This document shows positions 1 through 13,337 of a stretch of DNA of 64,000 bases, piece by piece. The notes beneath the pieces are model-generated. The model was not told the origin of the DNA, searched no databases, and saw nothing but the letters and a program-made list of their open reading frames with translations. The stretch lies in contig CM060733.1 in the NCBI GenBank assembly GCA_030704615.1, positions 71,114,001 to 71,178,000 of the forward strand, in the 5' to 3' direction. Every line of letters begins with the position of its first letter. Position 1 is the stretch's first letter. The DNA comes from Takakia lepidozioides (Eukaryota > Plantae > Bryophyta). Made by a program: the position numbers and the translations under genes.

Positions 1-3000
1 TAGATAGCCTGTTCCTCACTTCTCTCAGACAGACGCCTGTCAAATGCTCCATGGGTTGTGTTATGGAGCCTGTCAAATGCCTCTACAGGAATTTGGATGG
101 GCAAGAAGGCATAATCTCAAGCTGGGGGGGGGGAGAACCAGCTGAGAAAGCTGTAAAACTATGCAGGTGAAACTATGCAGGAAAACTTTCCAAAAATTTC
201 AACAGTCACCAGAATCTGAATGGGTAACAGTATAAGAAGCTGCTGGCAACTACAAGGGACACCCAAAACACACAAAGAATTCCTTGTTCTACTGCAGATT
301 CATGTTGAAGATATGTCATATCCAGTTGTACCTGATAGGATGTCTGACAGTCATCCTCCCCCAATCCCTCAAAGCCAACTTTCACAAGGCATAAAGAGAA
401 AAATACTCACAGGGGGTGTGCAGTCTCAGCTAACTACCTTTCATGGTAGCACTTGTAACTTACTCAGCTTATGTGGTTGTTAGCCTGCTCCAACATTCGT
501 TCTCAAAGCAAGCTGTCAATGCAGACTGCAGCTAGGCCGAGAGTATGTGTTTGTTAGCTTTTGAAAATATGAAATACTCTACTAAACTACCATCAAGGTT
601 CAAAGGATTGGTCAATAAGACTCCAGTTTAATGGTACTGGAAAGCCCTGCCAACTTCCACCCAAAGTAACAAACAGATTAGTACTGGCCATATGCAGAAC
701 AAAATGGCAATGATGCACTCTGGAAGCAAATGTTATATGGTGCTTACTACAGGCACGTCCTTTTACCTATACATGAAGCTTAAGTAAAGCTCTTCTCCAT
801 GTTGAACACGGTTATCAAATATGTGCACTCTAGAGCACTACGCTAGAAAAAGATGTGATAAAAAGGCATCAAAACTGTTACAAATGAAATATACTAAGCA
901 TGCGGCATAACATAATGAAGGTTGCAATTACAAGAAAAATAACCCCCCCCCCCCCCCCCCCCTCACCCCACACCAAAAAGAAAGGAAAAAACAAACGAAC
1001 AGAGGAAGTCATCAACCACCCAAAATGTGTGGATGCTGCTGCACTACAAGGAACACTGCCTGATGCAAGTCTGCAGAGAGCACGCAAACTACACTCACAC
1101 ACTGCCTATAGTCTTACACCCTCAACACTCTTTGCTTAAATGCCAAAGTCTGCCCGGATGCTTTCAATAACTTAGCAAGCAAGGATGCATCCATCGTGCA
1201 TGAGCTCATGCTTGTGATGTGACATACAAATGCCGAATGCCGTCTTCAAAGTATGCCATGCTTCTGCCTGAAGGAGTGCCCCTTTCTCTCTCTCATCTCT
1301 CTGAATGATGCCGATGCATATACCTTCAAGGTGGGCTCCTCACCAACCTTTGCCTCCATGCTTGAATCCCCTCCCAAGAATGCGTATGATGAGTTGATTT
1401 GCACGATTAATGCATGATATGTGGGAAAATTCATGAGATAGGAATGCTGATGCTGCTGATGGTGTGGATGCAGTCTTATGATGCCGATGATGCCATGCTT
1501 CCCTGCTTCTAGTAAGAGCTTTAAAGATGGAAAAATACATCACTTTTCTTATCTGCGACCAAACAACTCCTTCCAAGCGGCAGAGACCCCCTTCACGCAG
1601 CTTGCTGGTTACCAAGAGCAGAGGGAGCTGGAGGCAATCCATGATCTGAACCTCCATTCACATCCAGATCCGAAACAGCCACTCCTGTGGCATGATGCCC
1701 AGATCCTGTTCCTTCTCTCTTCCGTCCATATGGATTTTTGGAATACTTGCTCACAGGTTAAGGCAAAATTGAATAAAATGGATTCCTTAAGATACATGAC
1801 ATTAGTGAAAGATGAAAAAGAAATGAAGCTAAACAAACCTTCAATTTCAAAAGGCTTGTGTGTGAGGATATTGTATTCTCATTCCACCCCTGTCTGAAGT
1901 CGTAAGAACAGCCCCTTGCAAATTTGAGTGAACTGCCATAGCACTGTTTACATCCTGCATATATACATTTCCCCTTCTCTTACTTCCAAGTTACTACCAC
2001 AGTTACTCGTACAGTATTATCATACAACTTTCATCTTCCTTGTCAACAAAAGAGAGAGCCTGAGGGGGAGGAGGCTGCAAAGACTATCCACATCCAACAT
2101 TAATGGTGATGCCAAACCGAAACTGAAAGAACAAGCCACTGCATGCTTCAGCAGAGCCTTTCCCCCACTTTTTGGTTTGAAGCATATCTGCGGAAGCTTC
2201 CCATTGAATCAATGCCTCGGCTTTGTGAAGCCAGCCACTTCTAGCATACCATGTGACTATTAAGAATGGAACATCCCCTGCTATATGAGCAATGATCACC
2301 CCAACCACTTAACAGATCAACTGTCCGGACAAAAACAGATGTCTTGATAGAGGGATTGCCTCTAAAAGCTCTTTTCACTTTGGCCTCTAGAGATAGGAAG
2401 ACATACCACAAATTCAATGAAGCAAACTGTGTTTTTCCCTTGCCGCAGTACTTTCATCTGCCGAAAACCTGGCTGCCTGCCAACAGCATGCCCATTATGA
2501 GACAGCATTGGCAAGAACAAATTGTAGCCTACAGCTTAAAGCTCTTATTGGCTTTGAAGTACCTCTCCAACGGTGGTACATCTCCAGCAATTAGTGGAGT
2601 ACCTTAACAAGATCAAGGACGACCATCCCCAAGAGCTGAGGCAGAACCACAAATGACAATTTCCTCATCTCCAGGAGGACACAAACAAAAGTGGGCAGCA
2701 CAAGGACAGAGAGAGACAATGTACTATAACAACATTGTTTGATGTAGCCTTTTGTAGCCATAGACCCTGCACCCAGTTTGGGTGGAGAGGTAACAGACAG
2801 TAGGACTCACCTTGATAGAATCTGTTCGGGCTTTCCAGATTTCCTCTAGAAAGCCCTTCACACAAGCATCAATCTGTTGTGTGTTATCTGCCCAGCAGCT
2901 GGACACCAACAGGGCCAGGGCTTTAGGCTCACCCTCGAGACGGATGGAGAAAGAGAATGTACTCATAAGACTTTGTTTGCCCTAGCCTTGTGGCCATTGA

Positions 3001-3194
3001 CCCCGCGCCCAGTTTGAGCGGAACACAAAGGGACAGAAACTACCTTTGTCAGGGGCTGGCGGATGGAGAGAGAGAGAGAGAGAGCCAATGAAGACCCAGC
3101 ATCACCACCATCATGCTTAACAGACACTGAATTATGGAACTGTCAACTGCACCTATGAGGATGCAGAAAGGACAGGGCAGCATAGAGAGACTAC

Positions 3195-5758
3195 CCGCTG
3201 AAGAGTCCCCGAAGTTCAGTTTCAATTACCGCCTCCCCAAGGTTCCCAATGAACAAAGTGTTGCACGGAGGATTATCCTTGGTGTTCTGCATGTGTACCA
3301 CATCAAAATTTCCACTTAAAAACTTGGATTATACCCCTGTTCACCAACCTTGTCCCACCTTCTTCCACATCTACACAGAAACCCATTAAAGGATCAGTTT
3401 TCAGCGCCTCCCAGGCCCCCTTCACTCCTTGCCACAGATGTGCATAAATGGTGGAGAATACTGAAAAAACAAAATACCTGGACAGGCGCATAGCCAGCAG
3501 GAGCAACAGGGGGAGCTTGTGCTACAGCATAGCCTGAATAGGGCTCATACTGTGGTGCAGGTGCAACATAGCTGGCAACCCAGATACCCCAACAACAAAT
3601 CAAATCTTTGGATCTATTCACCAAGAGGTCAGAATTCGTATGCCATTTGCTCATTGCCCAACCTTGAACAGTGCGGAGGTTATAGTTCTTGACGTGTGAT
3701 ACAGCCATGTCACCTTGTGAAGCTCACACTGTGGTCATATAGAACTTCCAACAGTTTCATTTGAAAGCCAAGATAGCAAAATCCAGAGAGATCAAACAGA
3801 AAGGATGAAGACAGCTGCAACCTTTGAGGGCCCCAAGAGGGAGCTGCAGCAGGTACCACTTGAGAGGGATAGGGGCCTCCATAGGGAGTGGGATAGGGTG
3901 CCGGAGAGTAGTCACCCCCACCTGTGCGCATCCGCTTGCTTGTATCATACCCGGTTGTGTTCTCCCCTGTCATTCCTGTTTCCTCTTTGCCAACTCTCAG
4001 TGCTTCTGTGGCGAGTAGATGAAGCCAGAGAGAAATATTCTACCAACGACATGACTTCGCTTAAAGTAATTGTCTTCTCTCACAGCGACAACAACCCTAT
4101 GGCAAGAAATAATCATCAGCAAATCTATCAAGGAGATATCTGGACAGGTACCTTTTTTCACGTACAAGTTCTTCTTTGCCATTTCAGCTCGCAACACTGA
4201 GTTTGTATCGGCGTCAAATACCAAGTTCTGAAACCATTCCAATGAACCAAGATCAGGATAGTCAACCTCCCTCCTTCCCTAAGCAACTTGCCCTGCAGAG
4301 CCTCAAGTTGGAAGGTAGCACACCAGCACACCTGGATTGGCAGATCCTGAAATCACATATAGGACCCAGTATTCTAGCCTGGATGGAGGAGTTAGATGAC
4401 AGGAGTGCTAAACAGGTGAGGTAGTTCCAAAATGTCTTATTTCACAATGCCTGTGTGGCAACCTGCTCAGCAGTTCAAGACAAAGCCGGCTAATGCAGAA
4501 TGAAAAAACGAATGAACAATACAACCCTCAGACTATTTCAAACGTAAATGGTAGAATAGGAGCCACTTACTTGAAGAGCATCACGAGCAGCCATTGCCAT
4601 AGCAGCTGTAGAAAAGAGTGCAAACCCCATTGGTTGGTCACCCTTGAAATTCATTTGAGATGCCTCGTACCCAGGCCACCACCTTAGAAGATTTTGTAGC
4701 TCTCGTTCCTTCACATCAGGGGGGAACCCTAATACAAATATCGTTCTAATCTGACAGCCACAAAGCACCACAAATAGCTCACTGTCACCATCCAAGAGGA
4801 AAGACACCCTTCTGCAGCTTGTAACTCCATTGACATTCAAAACCCGTGCAGTTGCTGTAAAATGAATGTCCCGGACGACCACCCACATGCTTGATCAAGT
4901 AGAAAATATCCTTTATAGCCAAGGAATCACTACAGGGATTAACAGCCCTACATGCCAAACAATGAGTGGGCAACTCTCTCCAAGCCTTCAGCAATGGTAG
5001 TAGGCACCATGCTCCTCTCCTCTCGTCCCAGATTGGCCCTTTCCCACTTTCCTGCTTTTATCAACTGGGTGCAGGGTATATGGTCATAGTGCTTCCGCAA
5101 GAAATTCTAAAACGTACTTGGCGCCTCACTAGAACCAGTGAGAATTAATAAAGTTACTGAAGGAGAAGGGTAGTGTTCTAGTTTGAATGCAAAATACGCA
5201 TATCTCAACATATTTTCCCTTCTCTGTTCCTTCACATGTCTGGAGCAGTTGGTGTAGTCTGTCTACCAGAACAAAAAAATTACGCCGAGACTGAGGCACG
5301 GGGGGCAGCACTAACTGACGTGACATATACAAGACACTAAGATACAGTGTACTCTAACCATAATTCCTCAAGTGAGAAATGTTGGCAAAGAGCAGTTTTA
5401 ATAATACAAGACAAAGACACGTTCATTTTACAACAGTGAAAGCACGTAATCGAAGCTGTAGAAAGAAGTGGGGACACGAGGAAGCGCCAGACACACCTTC
5501 AGCAACGATGCAAAGCGTATTTTACTAGGGGACAGAACCCACCTAAAGAATGATAGACGAAATACGTCAATTCCACACAGATAAAAAAACGAAAGGCCGG
5601 CCATGGCAGAGAACCAGAAGACACAGGCCACAGAAAGTGGCCAATCTACAAAGTGAAATCACAACTCAAACCAAAAACCGACTAACCTCCTCATGCGGAG
5701 AATCAGCTTGCTGTGCCGGTGAGGGCCACTGCGAATACTGTGCAGATGCTGCTGCCAT
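3195..5758 (-). CDS. RRM RNA-binding protein (RBPMS/Scw1/couch-potato-like plant family); 3' exons not found, probably left of the window
   Basis: GT-AG exons 5758-5687 (MAAASAQYSQWP..HEE), 4750-4571 (IRTIFVLGFPPDVKERELQNLLRWWPGYEASQMNFKGDQPMGFALF), 4227-4152 (NLVFDADTNSVLRAEMAKKNLYVKK), ~3975-3822, 3571-3478 and 3286-3195 (NTKDNPPCNTLFIGNLG, start of RRM2). Phases join in frame. Confidence 0.9.
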
Positions 5759-7211
5759 TGATTCTTTACTTTCCCCTGCAAGGTTGCCTCAACAAATCTG
5801 CCTCCCTTGTGAAAATCACTCTTCCGCAGATCGGAAAAATACTTCTCAGTCTGTCGACATCTTTGGGTTGTCTTGCACATATCACCCTTTGATCCCCATC
5901 CCTTTTGATCTCCTCGCCCCCCTCTCGATCTCTTCTCCTTCTTTTTCTCTCCCTCTCTCTCTCTCGCTGTTTGTTGCAGTTGAACACGGAGTCTTCGGCT
6001 TCTGGATGAACAATGACGTACATTCATCTACCGTCCAAAACATAAGAACTTCATCCTTTTATCCTTCGACGAACGCTGATAAACGTTCTTCCATTTGGGA
6101 TTCTCGCTGACGTTGACCCACATAGTACAGCACTACGTTCATCCACAGATTCAGAAAGTCAATTAGTTCGGCCAATCCAATTTCTTTTTTTTCTTTTTGG
6201 AACAGGGGACAGTGGCCCTGGATATTAAAAAATGGGAACAAATGGAGCATAAAAAAATAGAATAAATAAATTTAATATGGAGTCAGGTCTTGAGTTCTTC
6301 TCCCAAAATCAAGAGAGTAAAAATTGTTTTCTAAATTATTTTGGGGAAAATACTATGGCGGAGCCCTGGTTTGGAGCTCCGCATTTCGCGGTGAGTTAGA
6401 GCGCCGGGACTTGGAATTTTTTCTAAGCGCCGCTCTCTCACAGCGTACCCTACCCCTCTCAGCTGCCTTCTCAAGTGTGCTACATGTCCTATTCAAGCCT
6501 GTGTGCTATTTTCCCGTCCTGCAAAAGGATAAGCCCTGCTTTGCTGGCTCTTTGCATGGTAAGGATAATTATTTTGGCTTGTTATTTCATGCATGTGATA
6601 GTGCCGTCCACCCCCCCCCCCCCCCCCCGTTGTCGGCGCATTACGCCGCCTTCGTCCCTCTCCTGGACTGCAATCTGTGAGCAGATCAGTCTTTCCCCTC
6701 ACTAGTTTCCCCGGCCCCTTGCGCGCGCATCTTGAATCCTCACTGACACAACGGTCTTTCATATTTGCTGGCGGAAGTTAAGCCCAGCTCGTCTTCTGCC
6801 AGCCGCTTAGTGTTCCGGCGTAATTAAGGTCTCATTTGCCTCCCCCACCACACTGCTGCTCGCTCTCCTTCCTTGTCCGCTCTGGCATCCGCACTTGCTG
6901 GCTCTCTCCTCTCTAGCCGGTTAGCTGTAGTGTCAGACCCTGCTGACCCCCTCCTTCTCACACGCCGCTGGGAGGCTTTATTTCTTCCGGCTCTCTTCAA
7001 ATCTCAAGCTCTTAGTGGATTAATTGGCCTGCAGCTCTTGCCGGGCGCTCTCCGCAATCGCTCTGGCTGGCTCCTCGATCCGCTGGCTACCCCCGCAAGA
7101 GCCCTTAAGGTACCTGCGTTCAAGTCGATTACGCTCTTCTCCTCTCCTCCTCTTCAGTTACTCCCTGCTCAGGTTGTGTGTCTCTGTCTGCTCGTGCTCC
7201 CGTTCCCCTTC

Positions 7212-8080
7212 ATGGCCTCTCGTGGTGGCCCCCGCAAGAAGCGCTCAGGTTCTGGCTCCAGCTCAAGAGGGAGAGGCAATTGGGTCCCCCATTCTGCGGC
7301 CTCCACTCCAATCTCCATCTTGGGCAGGGGGCTGGAAATTGCTGCTCCGCTGCAGGCTGCTGACCATTCCCCTTGGGCTGAGTCGGTGGCCCCAGATTCA
7401 GACTCTCATGAGGTTATCTCGCTTGACCTCAAGTGTCTGAGAGCCCACTCGGATAAAATGATGCAACATGGGATTCTAGTGCACTTTCCAGGGCGGCCCA
7501 GAGACAAAGATTGGGCGAGGAAGTGGGTTATTGAGCACCTTGGTGCTGAGGGAGGATTATCTCACCACTTCTGTCACTCTATGGGTTTTTACACAGTGAA
7601 ATTCGGCTCCAAAGAAGATGCTGACAGGGCCCTGGCCTTCAACACTCGCAAATCCCGTTTTCGAGTCTACATCTTCCCATGGTCTCCAGCCTGGGGTCAC
7701 AAAGACGGAGCCACATGCAAGCCGAGGATCATCGCCCTCCCCTTCCTTCTTGACAATTACTGGGCGTCCTTGCCGGAAATTGGGGCTCATTTCGGTTCCT
7801 ACATTGGGAGCATCAATGTATTTGATCCCATAGATGATGCAGTTTTGAGCGTTGATCTGGACCCAGCCCTTTTTTACTCTAGCAAGGATAGTGGGGTGCC
7901 CAAGATAGTGGTGATGATGCCCGATACAACCAAAATTGGTAATGCGATTAGGCTAACCACGCCGGACGGTTCTTACATCTCTGTGCAAATTAAAGAAGAG
8001 GTCCTAAGTATTGTGTGCTTCGGATGCAACGGGAGGGACACGTCAAGGCAAATTGTCCTCACAGAGATAGGGGTGAGGTG
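7212..8080 (+). pseudogene. LINE ORF1 (DUF4283-like region plus frameshifted zinc knuckle)
   Basis: GFYTVKFGSKEDADRAL..VYIFPWSPAW..ALPF..WASLPEIGAHFG, then CFGCNG knuckle broken by a frameshift. Confidence 0.75.
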
Positions 8081-8821
8081 AAGGCGCCAGCGCTGCCTTG
8101 CTTGCTATTCGGTGGGAGGACATTGTCAGAGATGCAGGGACGGCGAAGGAATTTAGCTGGCTGACCAGAAGGGAACTCTTTGATGGATCGCTTGGAGGCT
8201 TCCCCAAAAGCAGCAAGCTTCTTTTTGCAGGCTTCATCCTGGTGAATACCATCGTGTTCGGCCACCTCTCCAACCCCGTCGCCCACAGCCCACAGAGAAG
8301 CCGAGGTTGGGTTCCTCCCATTTGTCAAGACCACTAAGACAGCTCGGCTCTCTCCTTACGTGCCGCCGCTCTCGCCCTCCCTGGTAAGCTGTGCTTACTC
8401 TGCCCGCCCGTTTATATGTTGCTTCCAATCCAAGCTGACTCAGAGATGTCAGGTTCTTTTTAGGTTGCACCGTAATGGACGGCTCCTATCTCACCTGCAT
8501 TTAAGCCAGCAACAGGTTTGCTCGGAGGATTATCTGTTTCAATATGCTTGTGGGCTGGATTTTGGGAAGATTATTCGGAGTCTGTGTTTTATTACAAGAA
8601 AGAAAAGACAATTCAGGGCCTTGCTAGACAGGGGGAGGGCTGAAAAGACTGATAATATCCAGGTTGGGATTATTGAACTCTCTTCTATCCCTCCCCTCCA
8701 CATGGCCATTCTTGGATGTCCTCCCTCCCTCCACGTGATAGAAGGACTGTCTTCCACTATGCTTCCGCAGGGCTATCATTTTGAGGCTCGAGACCGGTCT
8801 CGAGCCCTTCTTCCTCTTCTC

Positions 8822-11800
8822 ATGTTTTTTAACATCAGATTGTGGAACATTAGGGGAATCGGATCTGATGCCTCCGCCCCCAAAAGGTCCAAGCTGAAAC
8901 GTTGGGCGTCTTCTCTTTTGTCCGATAACACTATTATATTCTTGCAGGAGCATAAGTTGAATGACTTAAAGATTTCCTCTTTGGGGCAATTGTTTTGGCC
9001 TCCTAACCTGGCTTGGTGGAATAGTACGGTGGAAAATTCCAGAGGCGGTACTGCGGTGCTGGTCTCCCCAAATCTGCCTCCCCTCATCTCCAATGTACAC
9101 TCGTGGATGGTCCGCAGGGCTCAATTTGGTCTACTCTCCTTGCCTGGCTCGGGCACCAAGATTGGACTAATCAATATTTATGCTCTGAATATTGTTGCTG
9201 AACGGATTTCTTTTTGGCAAATGTTGCAATCCAAAGTTCTTCAATCCCCTGACATTTAGCAATGGATTTTAGCTGGGGATTTCAATATGACAGATAGATC
9301 TGCTGATAGGCTTGATCCTTCCTCAGTAAATCTCTCCTTGGAAGAGCTTAAATATGCCTGGGAAGCCTTGTGCCTGTCGGTTGGGCTCATAGACATCTCC
9401 ATCCCTACAGATAATGGCCTTAGGTTTACCTGGTCTAACTGCAGGTCTCCCCCTGACTTGGTGATGTCTAGGTTGGATAGGATCTATTGTACAAGCGGGA
9501 TTATACCTTGGGCCAAATCCTATCTGCTAGGACCTGTGCTCCCTGATTTTGACCATGCGGAGGTTGTAGCTCTATTTGCTGTGCCTGGTTCTCATTCTAT
9601 AGGGAGAGGTTATTTCAAGCTTAACCCCTCCCTTCTGAAGTCCCAAGCTTTGGTTAATGGCACAAGTCTGGTCCTCCTCTGGTAATATGTATGAGTCCCC
9701 AACTCTTAGATTTCTTTCAAAGCTAGCAGCTACGAGAGCCAAATCTCAAGAGTTATCTAGAGAGCTGGCGAGTGCTCTCTCTCAAAAGGAAAAGTCATTG
9801 CTTAAGTGCCTCCAGCTTTGTCAGCAGCTCTTAGAAGCCGGGGATGAGGGCCCGAGCACTCAGGCTAGCTACAATAGGGCGAAGTCAAATCTCTGGAAGT
9901 TTAGACAAGAGAAAGACAATGCCCTACACAATGCCCTACGTATTAAGGCTGGAGTGAATTGGTCATTGAAGGGTGAAAAAATGACGAAGTACTTTTTTAT
10001 CAAAGCCAAGCAAAGGCGTATGGCATCTGCTATTTCATCTCTCACTAGACTAGATAGTTCTTCTTCCGCAGTCCCAAAAGGTATGGCTATAGTGGCGGAA
10101 CAACACTTTGCCTCCCTTTTCTCTAAGAGAGTCACTTCTCTGGAGAATGAGCAGGCTGCTGATGCCATTCTGCAGAGCATCCCTTCGCTCTTATGTGAGG
10201 AGGAAAAAAGGGATCTTGCTGCCCCCCTCACTGATTCGGAATTGAAGGAGGCCTTTTAATCCCTTCAATCTGGAAAAATGCCTGGCCTGGATGGTATGCC
10301 GGTTGAATTTTTTAAAGCTCTTTGGTCAACGGTGGTGGATGACTTCGTGGCCCTTGGCCAAAGATATCCTCACCAAAGGAGTAATGCCATTGCAGCTGTC
10401 TATGGGTCTTATCACTCTGATCTTTAAAAAAGGTGACAGGAGCCATTTATCGAACTACAGACTGATTACGCACTTAAACACCACTTATAAGATTATTGCT
10501 AAAGCATTAGCGCTAAGGCTCCAACCTGTTCTCTCCAGGGTCATAAGGCCGGAGCAAACAGACTTCCTCAAGGGGAGAATGATCTTAGACAATCTGCTTC
10601 TCATTAACGAAGCCAAGCATAAAGCTAAAATCTCTGAGTAGCCGTTGGCTATTTTAATGCTGGACTTCGAAAAGGCCTTTGACAATATAGATTCGAGCTT
10701 CTTGCACAAGGTCCTGGCTAAAATAGGGATGCCTGAGACCTTCTCAAGATGGGTAAAGCTCCTTCTTTCTTCAGCATCTAGCAAGGTTGTTGTTAATGGC
10801 GCTATCTCAAAGCCTTTTGCTCTATTCAGGTCTGTTAGGCAGGGCTGCCCCTTAGCGCCATACCTCTTCCTCATTGCGGCAAATGCGTTGGGGCATCATC
10901 TAAGTTCTAGACATGACATTGTGGGTCTAAGAGTTTCGGGAGACTCGTCTGTGAAATTGTCTATGTACGCTGACGATACTACCCTGCTTTTGAACTATGA
11001 GAGTCCCCTCAACATCGACAGAGCTTGCAAGGCACTGCAACTCTTCTGCGCCGCTTCTGGATTGAAGGTCAATTGGAATAAGTCCGTAGGGCTGCTCACT
11101 GAGCTTTCTCCCAATGCTTCCAAATGCCACGGACCTGCCTGGGGTCAAGAGTTGGGCCTCAAGTGGCTTCAGCCTGGCTCCGCGCACACCCTGCTGGGTT
11201 TTCAGGTTGGCGTCGGACTTTCGGAAGAACAGAGATTTGAACCCATCCTCCGAAGGCTTCGTAATAAACTCACTTTTTGGAGTTCCGCAATGCTCTCGGT
11301 GGCAGGTGGGGCTCTTGTGCTCAATCAAAGCTTGTTAGCCTCTATATGGTTCTCGGCATCTGTTTGGTCCCCATGTTCAAAGCTCATTGATAAGATCAAA
11401 GCTCTGATGCGCAATTTCCTCTGGGGGGCCACACCGGCTGCCCCCACCAAAAGAGCGCTAGTCTCCTGGTCCCAGCTCTGCAGACCCTGAAAAGAAGGTG
11501 GCCTTGGGCTTATTGACCCTGCCCTCCAGATTGCTGCTCTTCTAGCTAAATGGGTTCCCAGGGTGCTTCGTTATGGAAACAGTCCATGGTGCATACTGGT
11601 GAGAGAGCACCTCGTCCAATCTGTGCCCTCCACTTCGACCTCGTGGGCTCAGTCCTTGAACCAAAGGTAAGGGCTCTGCTGCCTGGAACTCCATTTGGGC
11701 TGCTTGGAATGCTTTCAGGCCACATCTTGCTCAAGAAAAGGCCACTTGTTTTGAGGAAGCTGTTCGGCAGCCATTATTTGGAAACCACAACTTAGGACAT

Positions 11801-11960
11801 GTGCCGCTGTCTGTACTAAGTAAGAAATGGGCAACTTGGGAATCTAAGGGTCTTTCGCATGTGGCCAATGTGTGGGAGAACGGTGATTTTCTTGATCTTG
11901 CTCTGCTCTCATCCCTGCTATCGGCCTCCGCTGGGATCATGTCAAACATGAATGTGCTAC
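8822..11960 (+). pseudogene. LINE ORF2 (APE endonuclease plus reverse transcriptase) with stops and frameshifts
   Basis: EN motifs LWNIRG, FLQEHK, GDFN, FTW..SRLDRIY. RT motifs LDFEKAFD, SVRQGCPLAPYLF, YADD. Confidence 0.95.
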
Positions 11961-13337
11961 CACTCTTACTTAGCGGTGGATGCAATGCCAGTACTCTCCC
12001 CTGTTGGTTTGGCAGTTACAGGGGAAACGTGCCCATAGCTCTCTTGGCCATTGAATCCAGGGACTCGCATTGGCTTGGCCTTGTCTTCAACACCTTCAAA
12101 GATGGCTTTCTTTCACTCATGGATCTGGGCAGCTCCATCATGACGAGGCTTATAAGATTAGAGTGCATCTGGACTTTCGGAGTGGCAGTTAGTAGTGTGA
12201 TTTTGCTTGTGAGCACATTTGTTCCACTTTGCTCGGCTTGGTAGTTTAGTGTTCTGGACAGTTTCCTGCCTGTTTAGGTGTAGCTTCTGCACCTTAATGC
12301 TTTCTGCGCTAGGCGGTCTTCTCCCTCCTTTTTGGTTAATAAATTCTCCAGGTCCTTTGTCCCCTGTTCTCTAAAAATAAAATAAAAAAGTAGAAAGCAA
12401 AGGAGAGGAACAAGGTCCTGCATGTGCAGTGCTCTATCAAAGGGTTATGAAGTGATGCATCACAAGCCCTCAATGCGGAGAGGGAAAGGTTGAGAACAAA
12501 TTCCACCCACAAGACACGACAAGACCGTGAGAGAGCTCTTGCAAGAACCCAGTCATGGAGTGTTGTGGTGTTGCTGCGCGCTTAAATTGTACTTGCATAC
12601 ATAATCCACAATGGCTATACTTATTGATAGAGTTAGATTTTCTTTGTCTTTGGTGTTGGATCTGCAGCAAGCAACACCTGTAGTAAATACAATCTGGTTG
12701 GGGTTGAAATCTTGGAATCTTATTGTTTGCGTGTTTGGGACAAGGTGAGGCCATGCACACGGGGACCTGCCCTTTGCTAGTTTTGGATATAGAGGAAACT
12801 ATCATTTTGTTCCTGATCTTGCACAGTTCTGTATGTGGATTGGACCATGGTTTACGTTGCCCATACTAACAACAATGATGATTCTTTGTCTGTCACCTGC
12901 TGGTGTTTCTTGTTATTGCAGTTCTAGGCTGGTAGTGCACACAAGCTGGAAGTTGTGTGAATCTCTCCATTTTGTTTGAAAAGATACTTGTAGAGCTGTG
13001 GTGGTAGTTCTACACAACAACATTGTCTCTACGACTCAATTGGGATGGGTTGGCTAAGTACTTCAAACTTCCGTGATTTGAGACTGCTTCAAGTTCTGGC
13101 TGCTGAGCTGCACACAACTGATGGTTTTCACTGAAAAATCCAAAGCATGTACTGCAGACAATCTCATGTAGGAAGGCAAACCAATCCCTACTTGATTATA
13201 CTTTCAGAATTACATGCACAGGTGTAAGAGGCTCCTGGCCCACCAACCTTGACCAGGGAACTCTTTTTGACAAAGGGAGGGGTTAACTTCTCTCTTGCCC
13301 CACAAGTAATGCAGAATGCTTTCCCAAAAACAGGTCG

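Larger units (their letters stand above)
6873..12389 (+). mobile_element. Decayed L1-clade LINE retrotransposon (5' boundary approximate)
   Basis: ORF1 plus EN-RT ORF2, followed by AATAAA and an A-rich tail at ~12372-12389. No TSD identified. Confidence 0.9.

Noticed and set aside
1-3190. Short ORFs in the first 3 kb as genes
   Set aside because: No recognisable motifs; the region is most likely a long intron of the RRM gene.
943-6628. Poly-C tracts and a (GA)n microsatellite
   Set aside because: Ordinary simple repeats.
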